Shown piece after piece: positions 1 to 10,445 of a stretch of DNA of 64,000 bases (position 1 is the stretch's first letter; each line of letters starts with the position of its first letter). Position numbers and translations under genes: made by a program. The notes below the pieces were generated by a model that searched no databases, was not told where the DNA came from, and saw only the letters and a program-made list of their open reading frames with translations. The stretch comes from Rebecca billardiae RCC1528. Taxonomy: Eukaryota > Protista > Haptophyta. The stretch covers positions 868,001-932,000 of the forward strand of contig OZ251228.1 of the NCBI GenBank assembly GCA_965240325.2, read 5' to 3'.

Positions 1-273
1 CACCGCTGACCGTGAGTAGTCACCGTCAGACGACTGTAGCCGTACTAACTACGTGTCGTTAGTTAGCTAAATAAGCATCATAGTTAGATCTACTGATAGA
101 ATGAGTTCGCCTTACGGCTCGGTCTGCTACTGATGATGTAATATTATAAGTCATTATACTATTATTAACACTATACCGGCAGAACTCGTAAGCTACCGGA
201 CTACGGAGTAATATGACTGACGTAGCTACTATGACAGCGGGTTCGGTGCGGCGGCCAGTGCTTAAAATGATAC

Positions 274-276
<3 letters not shown>

Positions 277-340
<64 letters not shown>
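277..340. repeat. (TA)32 microsatellite
   Basis: Perfect TA run read directly; lies 106 bp upstream of element copy 1. Confidence 0.98.
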
Positions 341-341
<1 letters not shown>

Positions 342-916
342 CTATACTATCAGGCTGGCTACGAGAATAATTTCTGTGCCGCTAAGATCGACACACGCAG
401 CTCAGGCAGGCGAGTATACCTTTAATCACGTCAGATGCGTACTATATGTTATGGCCCGCGGTGCAGGGCGGAGCGCGCAGCGTGGAGCCCGCACCAGCGG
501 GCCCGAACCACGTTTCAAAAAGATCTTTGATCAAGAAAAAAGGGACGGGGGGCGATTTTTAGGGCTGGCGGAGACCGAGTTTCGAGTTTTTGAGATCGCA
601 TAGAGAGGTCTATTAGGCCGAAAATAAGCGCGCCCAGCTGATTCCCTTAAGTAAAGTGCGATCTGGACGTCAGCTGGACGTGACATTAGTGTAACGGTTC
701 GTTACGAGCGCGATTTTAAGTATGAGATTGCCGCCAACCGCCAACCGATAAAAACGGCAAGGCAAGGGCTCGGGAAACTTGATCACTTGTAAATGTGAAT
801 AGTAAAATGCTCTCCCCGAGCGCGCCTGTCGCCTCGCAGGCCGCGCGTCTCGCTCCCTCTCCCCGAGGCTGAGCTCGCGGCCCGCCTGTCACCTCGCAGG
901 CGCGCGCCACGGACAC

Positions 917-2090
917 ATGCGCGACGAGATCGCGGCGGGGGCGGCGAGATCGCGGCGGGGGCGACGGGCAACAACCTGCCCGCGGGCGCGTTCGTCACTC
1001 GAGGAGCAGCGCGCAAGGGCGAGCCGAGTCCGGAGCACGCGAGCTCGTCGCTCGCCGACCGGAGCAGAGCGCGCCGCCCGCCGCCGCCGAGCGAGCGGCG
1101 CGGCAGACCTGATGAGCCGGATGCGCCCGGAGCTCGCGCGGCTGAAGGGCGAGCTCGAGCACGCGAGCTCGCGCCTCGACGCCGAGCCCGAGCTCCTCCT
1201 CAACTCAGTCGACGGCGGCGCGGAGGTCCGGCAGCAGCGTGAGGACTCACAGACAGTGTGAGTGAGCCGCGCGCAGCTCAGCCTGCCGCTGGCAGCCGCC
1301 GGCTTCGAGGCCGACGCGGCGGAGGAGGCGGCGGGCGACGAGATCGCGGCGGGGGCGGCGAGATCGCGGCGGGGGCGACGGGCAACAACCTGCCCGCGGG
1401 CGCGTTCGTCACTCGAGGAGCAGCGCGCAAGGGCGAGCCGAGTCCGGAGCACGCGAGCTCGTCGCTCGCCGACCGGAGCAGAGCGCGCCGCCCGCCGCCG
1501 CCGAGCGAGCGGCGCGGCAGACCTGATGAGCCGGATGCGCCCGGAGCTCGCGCGGCTGAAGGGCGAGCTCGAGCACGCGAGCTCGCGCCTCGACGCCGAG
1601 CGCGAGCTCCTCCTCAACTCGGTCGACGGCGGCGCGGAGGTCCGGCAGCAGCGTGAGGACTCACAGACAGTGTTACGAGTGAGCCGCGCGCAGCTCAGCC
1701 TGCCGCTGGCAGCCGCCGTCTTCGAGGCCGACGCGGCGGAGGAGGCGGCGGGCGAGCACGGCGGCGCGGTGGAGCAGGCGCGCACGCGCGGCGGCAGGCG
1801 CGACGCGCCGCTCGCCTCGTTCCACCGCCCCGAGCTCCGCTCGGTCGGTCTCGGTGCGCGGCTGCGCAGCCGGCAGGCCGGCGGGCCAGCAGTCGCGCTC
1901 TCGCTCTGCCGGCACGAGGCGTGCCGGCTGAGCGACCAGCGGCCCGTCGTCGAGCGCATGGCGCAGGGCGAGTACCTCAAGCAGGTGCGCCCGCTCGCGC
2001 GCACGCGCCGGCTCGCGACCAGCGGCCCTTCGTCGAGCGCATGGCGCAGCGCGAGCACCTTGCAAGCTGAAGCAGGTGCGCCCGCACGCG
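917..2090 (+). pseudogene. Captured coiled-coil gene fragment, possibly golgin/GRIP-like
   Basis: Heptad-like E/R/L-rich peptides. Ends in VVERMAQGEYLKQ followed by the donor-like GTGCGC, reminiscent of the GRIP-domain EYLK start. That segment is itself locally duplicated (~1932-1990 and ~2015-2085). Confidence 0.35.
921..1752 (+). repeat. 414-bp tandem duplication (2 copies) of a coiled-coil-coding fragment inside element copy 1
   Basis: GCGACGAGATCGCGGCGGGG at 921 and 1335; near-identical peptide ADLMSRMRPELARLKGELEHASSRLDAE in both copies; copy 1 is 3 nt shorter and has an in-frame TGA at 1259-1261. Confidence 0.95.
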
Positions 2091-2959
2091 CGCACGCGCC
2101 GGCCCGGCGCCGCGCGGCGCCTCTCGCCCTCTCGCCCTGCGCGCGCCGCCGCCCCGCTTCCCCGCGCGGCCCGTCCGCGCCTCTCGCCCTGCGAGCGCGC
2201 CGCCCCGCTTCCCCGCGCGGCCCGTCCGCTGGTGTCCCATGCCACCCTTGGCCGTGCGCGCCCGCATACTCGCGCCGAGTCCGAGACTCGGTCTCGGGTC
2301 TGACTCTCCCTCTCAGAGTGGCTGAACTGTCTTTCTGACTCGGACTGACTGACTCGTCAGTCTCATTCTCAACCACTGCGCCGCGGGCCCCGAACTGCGT
2401 TGGTTCTACGGAAAAGGACCGCGGAACGCGGTCATTGTCCATCGCGAATATTTAGACGGACTCGCGAGCTGCCAGCTGCCTGGCGGCATCGGCCCCGGAG
2501 CGCCAGCCCAACGCCCGAGTCGCCAATCGGTGCACGGTCGAGGCCAGCTACGGGCTCGCCAACCGCGCCGGCGCAGGGACAGGCCGCGTGGGCCGTGGCG
2601 GCCTGGCACTTGGCACACCGCAGAGCCGGCGTGGCCAAGTCCGATCGAGGTGCAGATAGAGTTGCCCTGCGCCGCCAGGCCCACGGGCACCTTCCGTGCC
2701 GTCGAAAACGGAAAAGCCACCATCACGGCCGGCCCTCGGCCGCACCGTTGCCACCCTCAGGGGGCAGTAGACACTAGAGCGCCTGCAGCAACCTGGCCAC
2801 GCCCACGGTCCGGGCGGCGCCACTAGGTAGCACGTCTGCAGCGAGTCGGCCATACCCACGGTTGGGACTCTGCGCTGCGCCGAGCAAAGGAGGCCACCAG
2901 CTATGGTTGGCGCAAGCGACTGTAAAATGAAGCGCGACGATTTTGCGCCCACGCCAGGG

Positions 2960-3619
2960 TCATCGCCCCGGCGGTCGAACCAGCGCGCGCAGACATGGGA
3001 GCCAGTTGTCCTTTCTGTGCCGGCCCACGCGATGCAGCGGCGCCCACGGTTTGATTTGCTCCAGCTCGATCACCCCGTCGTCTCTGCAGCGGAGGACGGA
3101 CTCCCCCACCCACTCCAGCCCGTCCCACAGGCCGTTGCCCTGGTATGCGCTGGTGCGCTGGACGTACCATTCTTGCTTGAGCTCCCCCAAGCGCAGGCGC
3201 TCGGACAGCTCCTCATCCTCCAAGGCCTCTGGCAGGTCGGACTTGTTCGCCATGATCAACAATGGCGTGTGTGGCTCGAGCGTGGAGGCCACGTGCTGCA
3301 GGGCATCCGCAGCCTCGTCTAAGCGATCGGCGTCGCCACTGTCGACGACGAATATCACGGCGTGCACCACCCCTGACAGGTACTGCGACCACAGGTCGCG
3401 AGACTGTCCCGGCAGGTCGTACACTGCAATGGACGCCGTGTCATACGCAAACGTCAGCAACGTCGCGCCCATGCTGGTCGCGGGCACGACCGTGACGCGG
3501 TCTTCCAGGAAGAGCGACGTGATGAGCGTGGTCTTGCCGCAGCCATCGAGGCCGAGCATGAGCACCCGCGCCTCCTGGTACACGAATTTCACGCAGAAGC
3601 GCGAAAATATGCCGCCCAT
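2960..3619 (-). CDS. Divergent ARF/ARL-family small GTPase
   Basis: MG start (myristoylation glycine), G1 GLDGCGKTT, G3 DLPGQ, IFVVDSGDADRL, G4 NKSD, G5 TSA, GL.DGLEW; intronless; C-terminal extension. Confidence 0.88.
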   Translation of the reverse strand: MGGIFSRFCVKFVYQEARVLMLGLDGCGKTTLITSLFLEDRVTVVPATSMGATLLTFAYDTASIAVYDLPGQSRDLWSQYLSGVVHAVIFVVDSGDADRLDEAADALQHVASTLEPHTPLLIMANKSDLPEALEDEELSERLRLGELKQEWYVQRTSAYQGNGLWDGLEWVGESVLRCRDDGVIELEQIKPWAPLHRVGRHRKDNWLPCLRALVRPPGR

Positions 3620-4032
3620 GTCTGAGGCCACCGGGGGCGGCCGGTAGCTTGCAATCATCGCGGAACGATTGCGGCTCCAGCCGGTTGGAAGTTGGCTCAG
3701 TTAGAAGTTGAGTGTCCGATCCCGCGACGACGAAGAACTTCCACTCGGAGACGCTACTTATTACAAAACGACGAGTTTCTACCCGCGCTACCCACCGACG
3801 CCATGCTTCTCCAATAAGTTCCGGTCTCGCGCCCGCCGCGCGCCCGGACAGGCGGACACGCGTAAAAAGCTGCCTGATGCGCCGCGCTGTCGATCCATCA
3901 GTCACAGTGTTTGTCATGTGACTGTGTCCATTTGTCCATGCACTTTCGGCGCACGCGCTGAGACCGGACGGGGCGACGGGCAGCCTGGCTCGCGGGGACG
4001 TGCGCGACGGCAGCCGAGCACGGGGGCCGCTC

Positions 4033-5255
4033 TCAGAACACGATGGTGTCGAGCATCGTGCCGAGCGCCTGGATGATGTTCGAGCTCATGAGCTTGAGCA
4101 CGTCCTGCGCAGCGCGCACGGCCGACAGCGCGCGCGGGGCGCGTGGGCGGCGTGCGGCTGAGCGCGCGACATGGGTCGCCCCTGCGCGCGCGCGTGCGCC
4201 GCGCGCGTCGCGCCGCGTCGCGTCGCGCGCACGTCCTCGATGCGCTTCTTCGCGTCGATCTTGCCCACGTTGTGCACGACGAGCTTCTCGGCGTCCATCG
4301 ACATCTCCTGCTGCACGGCCTTCTCGTACGCGGCCGAGAGCTTGCGCATGTCCTCGACGACCTGCTCGGTCTCGTCGGCCTGCTCGGAGTAGTCGTCCAC
4401 CTTCAGGCCCGCCGTCCACGACTTTTTGTGCAGGTTCATGAGCATCTTCTGCTCGAGCTCGTTCTTGCGGTACGAGATGGCGATGGAGTAGTAGTGCCGG
4501 TTGAGCCCGTGGATGAGCGCCTGGATGGAGGGCTTGTTCAGGTGGCCGATGTTCGAGGTGGTCTGCCGCGGCTCCTGCCCGAGCATGATCAGCTGCGGGT
4601 TGATCGACCTGAACGCGTCGATCACGACCTTCCCCTTCACCGACTGGATCGGGTCGATCACCACCGCCACTGCGCGCTGATTCAACGCCTCAAACGACTG
4701 CTGCGTGTTGATGTCCACGCCCGACAGCCAGCACCCAAAGCCCGGGTGCGAGTGGTACCAGCCCACGACCATCTCGGGCCGCCCGGTCTGCTTGAGCATG
4801 TCGAGCATTTTCGTCTGAAACACGGGGTCCACCGCCTCCACGCTCACGCCCGTCCCCGTCTGCGGCATCGCGAACACGTCGATGCACTTGACCGTGTACT
4901 CGTCCACAAACTCGCCCAGCATCAGCCCCATCACCTCCATGGGCACGCCGGCACGGCCTGCGCGCGGCGCGGCAGGAGGAGGGGTGGTGCGCAGCGGTGA
5001 CGACCACGGGCGCGCTCGGGCGGCGGGACGTGACGCGCGGGTGCAGCTGCGCTCGCGTGCGCGCCGCGCGCTGCGCTCGGACGCTGCCGGCCAAAGCTCG
5101 AGCGCCGCGCGCGCCGCCGCACCGTGCTTGAGCATTTTGAGCAGCGCCATCGACGAGACGTAGACCATCTCGGCCGTGTCCACCACGGGCGCGTCAGGCG
5201 GGGGCGCGCCGCCGCCCTGCGCCTGCGCCTGGAACAACCGCTGGATGCGGTCCAT
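4033..5255 (-). CDS. RPN11: 26S proteasome lid deubiquitinase Rpn11 (PSMD14); exons 5255-5123, 4957-4233, 4104-4033
   Basis: [38 protein letters not shown] motif [18 protein letters not shown]-terminus [22 protein letters not shown] introns 4958-5122 and 4105-4232 restore the conserved protein. Confidence 0.98.
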
Positions 5256-5452
5256 CGTGAGAGCGGTCGCCGCGCTTGCCGCCGCCGCGTCAAGCTTGCG
5301 CAAGCGGCGCGCAGCGGACCACGATGGCGGCTGGCGCAAGACGCAAGCGAAGACTTGGGATTTCCATTTTCGTCCGCCGCCATTTCTTTTGCTGCCATTT
5401 CTTTTTCTCCGCGTGGACGTGACCCCCAGCCTGCTGCGAGACGACGCGCGGC
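5256..5452. promoter_or_regulatory. Putative bidirectional promoter, RPN11/REX4
   Basis: The divergent ATGs (5255 and 5453) are separated by only 197 bp, with a pyrimidine-rich core at ~5360-5410. Confidence 0.55.
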
Positions 5453-6595
5453 ATGGGGAAGCGCGCCCGCGACGATGGCGGCGCTCAGCCGAAGCGAGCA
5501 GCCGCAAGGCGAAGTGGCAAGGGCAAGAATGCCCCGGTGGCCAAGCCACACTCGCACGCTGCGCCAAGTGCCCAAGCGGCAGGTGGGCAGCCAGCGCCTC
5601 GCGAGCCGGCGGCCGGCGCAGCCCGGCGCGCGGCCGCGCCCGTCGTGCAGCCCAACTGGGAGAGGCTGAAGGCGCAGCTCGCGGGTGCCAGTGCGAAGGA
5701 CGGCTCGCGTCCAGCAGAGCCCGACGTCGCCGGGCAGCGCGGCGCGAGCCCGAGCGCCAAGGACGACGGGCCGGCGCCGCTGACCGATCTCCTCGCCGTC
5801 GACTGCGAGATGGTCGGCGTCGGCCCGGACGGCGAGCGCTCGGCGCTGGCGCGCGTGGTGGTCGTGAATGCGGCCGGCCGCAAGGTGTACGACGCGCTCG
5901 TGCGCCCGCGCGAACGCGTCACCGACTACCGCACCTTCGTCACGGGCCTCGTCGCGCGCGACCTGAGCGGGGCGGCCGCGCGCGACTTCTTCGAGGTGCA
6001 GAAGGAAGTGGCGGAGCTCACGCGCGGGCGGACGCTGGTGGGGCACGCGCTGCACAACGACCTCGCGGCACTGATGCTCACGCACCCGAAGCACCTCGTG
6101 CGCGACACGAGCCAGTACGCGCCGCTGCGCACTGTCGCGAGCGCGCGCGCAGGCAAGCCGGGCAAGAGCCGGCCGCGAGCGCTGCGCAAGCTCGCCGCGG
6201 AGGTGCTGGGCATGGAGATCCAGAGCGGCGCGCACGACCCGGCCGAGGACGCGATCGCGTCGCTCAGGCTGTACCAGCGCTACCAGAAGGAGTGGGAGCG
6301 CGCGCTGCGCGCCGGGCCCGAGCGCCGCGCGGCGATGATCAAGGGCGCGCGCGTGAAGAAGCGCTCCAAGCAGCCGCTGCGAAGTGGCGCGCGCGCTGCC
6401 GGCAGCGGGCGTGGGCGCGAGCGCGGCACGAGCGGCCGAGAGCCGCGGCCAGGCGCGCGCCCCAAGGCCTCCGCAGCGCACGGCTCGGCATTGGACGATG
6501 GCGGTCACGCCGCGCGCGTGCAGGCAGCTTTGCCGGCACCGCGGCCCGTCTCTCGCGCGGGCACGAAGCTGTCGCGGCCGGCATTTCTCCACTGA
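5453..6595 (+). CDS. REX4: RNA exonuclease 4 (DEDDh, REX4/REXO4)
   Basis: NWERLK N-terminal motif, [50 protein letters not shown]. Confidence 0.95.
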   Translation: MGKRARDDGGAQPKRAAARRSGKGKNAPVAKPHSHAAPSAQAAGGQPAPREPAAGAARRAAAPVVQPNWERLKAQLAGASAKDGSRPAEPDVAGQRGASPSAKDDGPAPLTDLLAVDCEMVGVGPDGERSALARVVVVNAAGRKVYDALVRPRERVTDYRTFVTGLVARDLSGAAARDFFEVQKEVAELTRGRTLVGHALHNDLAALMLTHPKHLVRDTSQYAPLRTVASARAGKPGKSRPRALRKLAAEVLGMEIQSGAHDPAEDAIASLRLYQRYQKEWERALRAGPERRAAMIKGARVKKRSKQPLRSGARAAGSGRGRERGTSGREPRPGARPKASAAHGSALDDGGHAARVQAALPAPRPVSRAGTKLSRPAFLH

Positions 6596-6898
6596 CCAAC
6601 ATGATCGACCGTTGAATCTGACAGACGACCAGGTCCAGGAGACAGGAGTGAGGTTATTCGGGCTACCGCGCACGCGCGTCTGGCCGCCTCTTGTTTAAGC
6701 TCATCTGCGATGGTTACGTTTATCTTCAATCATGACGACTACTCAGATGTGCGCGCATATATATAATATGATCGGCTACGCCGATCTTCGGGTAGTAAAC
6801 AACGACGTTGAGGGCGCACGGCCCTGGTAGTTAAAGTGAGTCTAGTAGTTGTCGTGCGCATTCTTCACCGCCGAATCACGATGCGCGCGCCCCGCTCT

Positions 6899-8560
6899 TC
6901 ATTCAGTCTTCACGCAGCCGGCGTGCCCCTCGAGCGCGCGCACGCACTCTGACTCGGCGGTGTCCCACGCCCACAGCCGCACGACCGCGTCGCTGTCGTC
7001 GCCCGCGCTCGCCGCGACGCGCCCGTCGGCCGAGAGTGCGACCGCCTCCACCCAGCCGGCGTGCGCTAGCAGCACAGCCTCGCACGGCCCGCGCGCGGCG
7101 AGCAGGGGCGCTCGCGCGCAGTGCTCGCGCCCGCGCGCCCAGCTGGCGCGGGCGGCCGGGTGCGCGGCGCGCGGCGCGCGCCGCGCCCACGCGGTCGCGG
7201 ACTCGTGCGGCTCCGAGCCAACCGGCTGCTCGAGGCACAGCGCGAGGCAGCGGCCCGGCGCCGTGGCGGCGGCGGAGGTGCTCAGCCGCGCGAGCTGCAG
7301 CCAGTCCGCGACGCGCGCGCGCAGCGCCGCAGCCTCCGCGCGCGCGGCCGCGCCCGGCTCGCCGCCGCCGCCGCCGCGCGCGTCGGCGTCGGCGAGCGCC
7401 GCGGCCGTGTCCGCGAGGTCGCGCACGTACTCGGTCTCGAGGCCGTGCCGCGCGCGCGCCTCCCACCCGTCCGCGCCCGCGTCGGTGAGCTCGCGCGCCG
7501 CGTCGGCCGCGCGCCCGGCCGCGAGCAGCGCTTGCACTAGCTCCTCGCACCGGCGCACATTGAGCACGGCGGCGTCGCGGCCGGCGAAGGCCGAGGCGCG
7601 CGGCGGAGAGGAGCAGGGGCTGCGGCGCGACGCGCCGCCGCCCGTCCTCGCCGCCGGTGGCCTTCGGGTGGCGCAGCGGTTTGGCGGCCTCGCCCGCCCA
7701 CGTGCCAGCCCAGAAATCTGCGAGCGCGTGCGCGTCGGCCGCGCGGGCGTACCGTGCCGCCGCCGCCTCGGCCACCTGATGAGGCGGTGGTACCAGCGCA
7801 AACAAAGGGCCGTCGCCGCCGGCGGCGAGCAGCGAGCCGAGCGCGTCGCGCACGGCGAGCCACACGGGCAGCCGCACCACCGCCGGCACCCAGAACTCGA
7901 ACACGGACGCCAGCACGTCCTCGTGCAGAGAGAGCGAGCCTCCTCCAGCTCGGCACTCGAGAGGCCGCGGCGCGACGCGCAGATGGCGCCGCACGCGCGC
8001 CGCACGAGCATCGCGCCGTGCAGCCGCTCGACGCGCTCGAAGGTGGCGGCGACGGCGGCGCGCGCGTCGGCGGGCAGGTGCGCGGGCGGCGGCTCGCCCG
8101 AGCGCCACTCCGCCGCCGCGTCGGCGAGCAGCACGGCGTGCAGCGCGCTCGGCGCCTCTCCGAGTGCCGAGCGCACCGCCTCGGCCTGCCGCGCGTCGAG
8201 CGTGCGCCCCGCCGCGCCGAGCCGGCCTCGCACCACCGCCTCCGCGTCCGCCGCCGAGAGCCCGCCGAGCTGCAGCGCGGGCACGCCCAGCTGCGCGAGC
8301 CGCGTCGCGCACCCGTAACGGTAGCCGCCAGCGTCACCGCCAGCGTCACCGCCAGCGTCAGCGCCCGAGTCGATCTGCGCCAAAAGGCAAAAAGGACAGA
8401 GTCAAGAAGCGTGTCGAGCGGCGCGGTGGAGACTCACCGTGGAGAGCAGCGCGGAGTAGCGCACGCGCTCGCCGCCCTCAAGCACCGCCTCGTGCTCGTG
8501 CGCCGCGAACGAGCGGCTCGCGCCGCCGTCCTCGCTGGAGCCCGACGTGACGACGCGGCT
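6899..8560 (-). pseudogene. Frameshifted, truncated NACHT-WD40 (NWD1/NWD2-like) fragment
   Basis: Family motifs alternate between two frames: FERVERLHGAMLV..ASRRGLSSAELEE / LSLHEDVL..W.P.VVRLP / WYHR / ALADFWAG.W...QPL / NVRRCEEL. One WD40 repeat (HAGWVEAVALSADG..SAGDD..VRLW) follows, and the second is cut by a stop. A probable intron lies at ~8375-8437. Confidence 0.72.
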
Positions 8561-9278
8561 CCGCGGTCTGCGCGCGCGCAGCCGCGCAAGCACCTGGGTA
8601 TTTTTCGACCACTCTTGTCTCAAGTGCGGCAGCTCAAAAAATGGCGTTTCGCTTCAAAGAATAATCGAATATACCAGCACCCTATGGGGGTTGAAAGAGA
8701 TCGTACCTGTGCAAATACAAGAATTGATTGCCACCCGCCACATTGACGTCGCGCATCCGAGTAAGCTAGAGTGACCAAGAGTATATCACTCAATATCAGC
8801 GTGGCGGGAACGCCGGTTCGGGCTACCCGCGCAATGACATCTCGCGTGTATGAATCGAGGGTAATCAAGGGGCTTAAACCCGCCACTGAGAAGCTGACGG
8901 TTCATGACTTCATATGCAGGCATAATACTTTAATTCAAGCGACATAAAAGCCGACCCAACTTCTCTTTTCTATGGTTGGCGAGCTGTTTCAGGCTCTTAC
9001 AATTCAGGCATCTTACTATGACGGAATGTTCGAACACACGGCTGGTGTTATGTGCTATTCCACCCTGCATTCCCCTAAGTGTTACTATCGTTAAAATTAA
9101 GGGGCAGTACAAACGCAATCATTTGCAGCGATATCCATGCTCATACGCTAGGCCACCTACCGGGAAAAACCCAAAATCCTGCGCGCATCCTCTTTTTGAT
9201 TTTGCGGAGCACGTGCGCCGCCCCCCCCGGCTTTCGCTCACGCTCAGACCTTTCGGGGGGGGGCGTGCGCCATTATAA

Positions 9279-9377
9279 GTGGTGTTATTGGTACAATAAC
9301 TGAGAGTGTGTACGAGCTGCGTGACGGCGGGGCTCGCCGTGTGGCCTCTCACTCTGTTGCACCCAGCTCGCAGAATT
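9279..9377. repeat. ~98-bp structured dispersed repeat, copy 1
   Basis: Identical to 22780-22876 except for a 2-nt (AG) indel. Stems: GTTATTG/CAATAAC, ACGGCG/CGCCGT, CGAGCTG/CAGCTCG. Confidence 0.92.
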
Positions 9378-9712
9378 CGTCATGAACCTTCTACGGGTAC
9401 ACGGCTGGCTGCTGCATCACCTGGAGTGAGATGGCTTCTCGGGCGCTTCCGAGCCATTCCACTTCTTCGCAAGGCGAGCTGCTCTAAGGCGGCTCTTGTC
9501 GCCCCCCTCGGAGCCCCAAAGGGCATTCGGCGGGTATCATCGGCGCGCACCTCGCTCCTCGATCGCGCGAGGTAGGACTCGGCAGCGCACAACAGCTGCG
9601 CGCCAGACACCTCTCGCCTCGACCTCCAGCAGAGGATGCCCAACTCGTCTCAGCAAGCCGCTCGGCTGCGCACCTACCGCCGCACGCCCGAGCCGCGCAT
9701 TGCCACGACCAG

Positions 9713-9741
9713 CAATAATAATTATTATTATTATTATTTAT
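9713..9741. repeat. (AAT)n/(ATT)n microsatellite
   Basis: AATAATAATTATTATTATTATTATT read directly. Confidence 0.85.
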
Positions 9742-9962
9742 TACTCGATATCATCTGACGATGACTACGAAATTAATCAGCCCCGCGCGCTGACAATAAG
9801 TAATAACGGTATGATAATGATGCGCGCCTTTTGCGCGGCCGGGCCGAGATCGATCGACTAAGTGCCATCGGTACGTCGTCGGTCGTGGCGGACGTTCGCC
9901 GTTCGGACTCCTAGTCCTGTCCAGTCGTGTAGTCCGCTCACTGCTGTCGTCGCCGTCATCAG

Positions 9963-9980
9963 TATATATATATATATATA
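9963..9980. repeat. (TA)9 microsatellite
   Basis: Read directly. Confidence 0.9.
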
Positions 9981-10445
9981 GGCGTCATCTGCAGACCTAC
10001 GCATGGTGCCTGGTACTGGTAACAGTAGTGCTAACGTGGTGCGCGGCCATCGCGCGTGGTCCGACCGGCCGACCGGGCCGACCGCCCAGACCGGGCGGAC
10101 GATGACGCGCGACTCAGAGCCGAATGCATGGCGCCGCCTTATATTTATTCGTGGCCCGCGTAATGTCAGCCCGCGCGCGGAGGCCGCGGACCATCGGGAT
10201 CATGCTGCTTCGGGATCGGCATCATCAGCAGGCATCGTCACGACTGCTGATGATCGATGCCGCTTACTTGACGATTAGCATCACCATTATCATCAATCAC
10301 CCGAGGCCGATTATATTAAATTATACTGCTCATACATGCCTATACGCCTACTGCTAGTTAGATCTAGTATATAGCAGCCTACGGCCGGCGAGCCCGCCGA
10401 GTCGTAGTCGTCGTCGATCATCATAATCTGATTATTATTTAGTCG

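Larger units (their letters stand above)
447..2435 (+). mobile_element. Non-autonomous Helitron2/Helentron-like element, copy 1
   Basis: 447-~710 is homologous to 22940-~23206, and 2381-2435 is homologous to 25625-25681. 5' GGCCCGCGGTGCAG (453-466) is the 13/14 inverted match of CTGCGCCGCGGGCC (2376-2389). Terminal hairpin GACCGCG-GAA-CGCGGTC at 2417-2433. No transposase ORF and no clear target-site duplication. Family assignment is inferred from the terminal architecture. Confidence 0.65.

Noticed and set aside
4086-5567. 493-aa Rpn11 with N-terminal extension and insertion
   Set aside because: Read-through of a 165-bp in-frame intron and upstream sequence; the spliced model from ATG 5255 matches canonical Rpn11.
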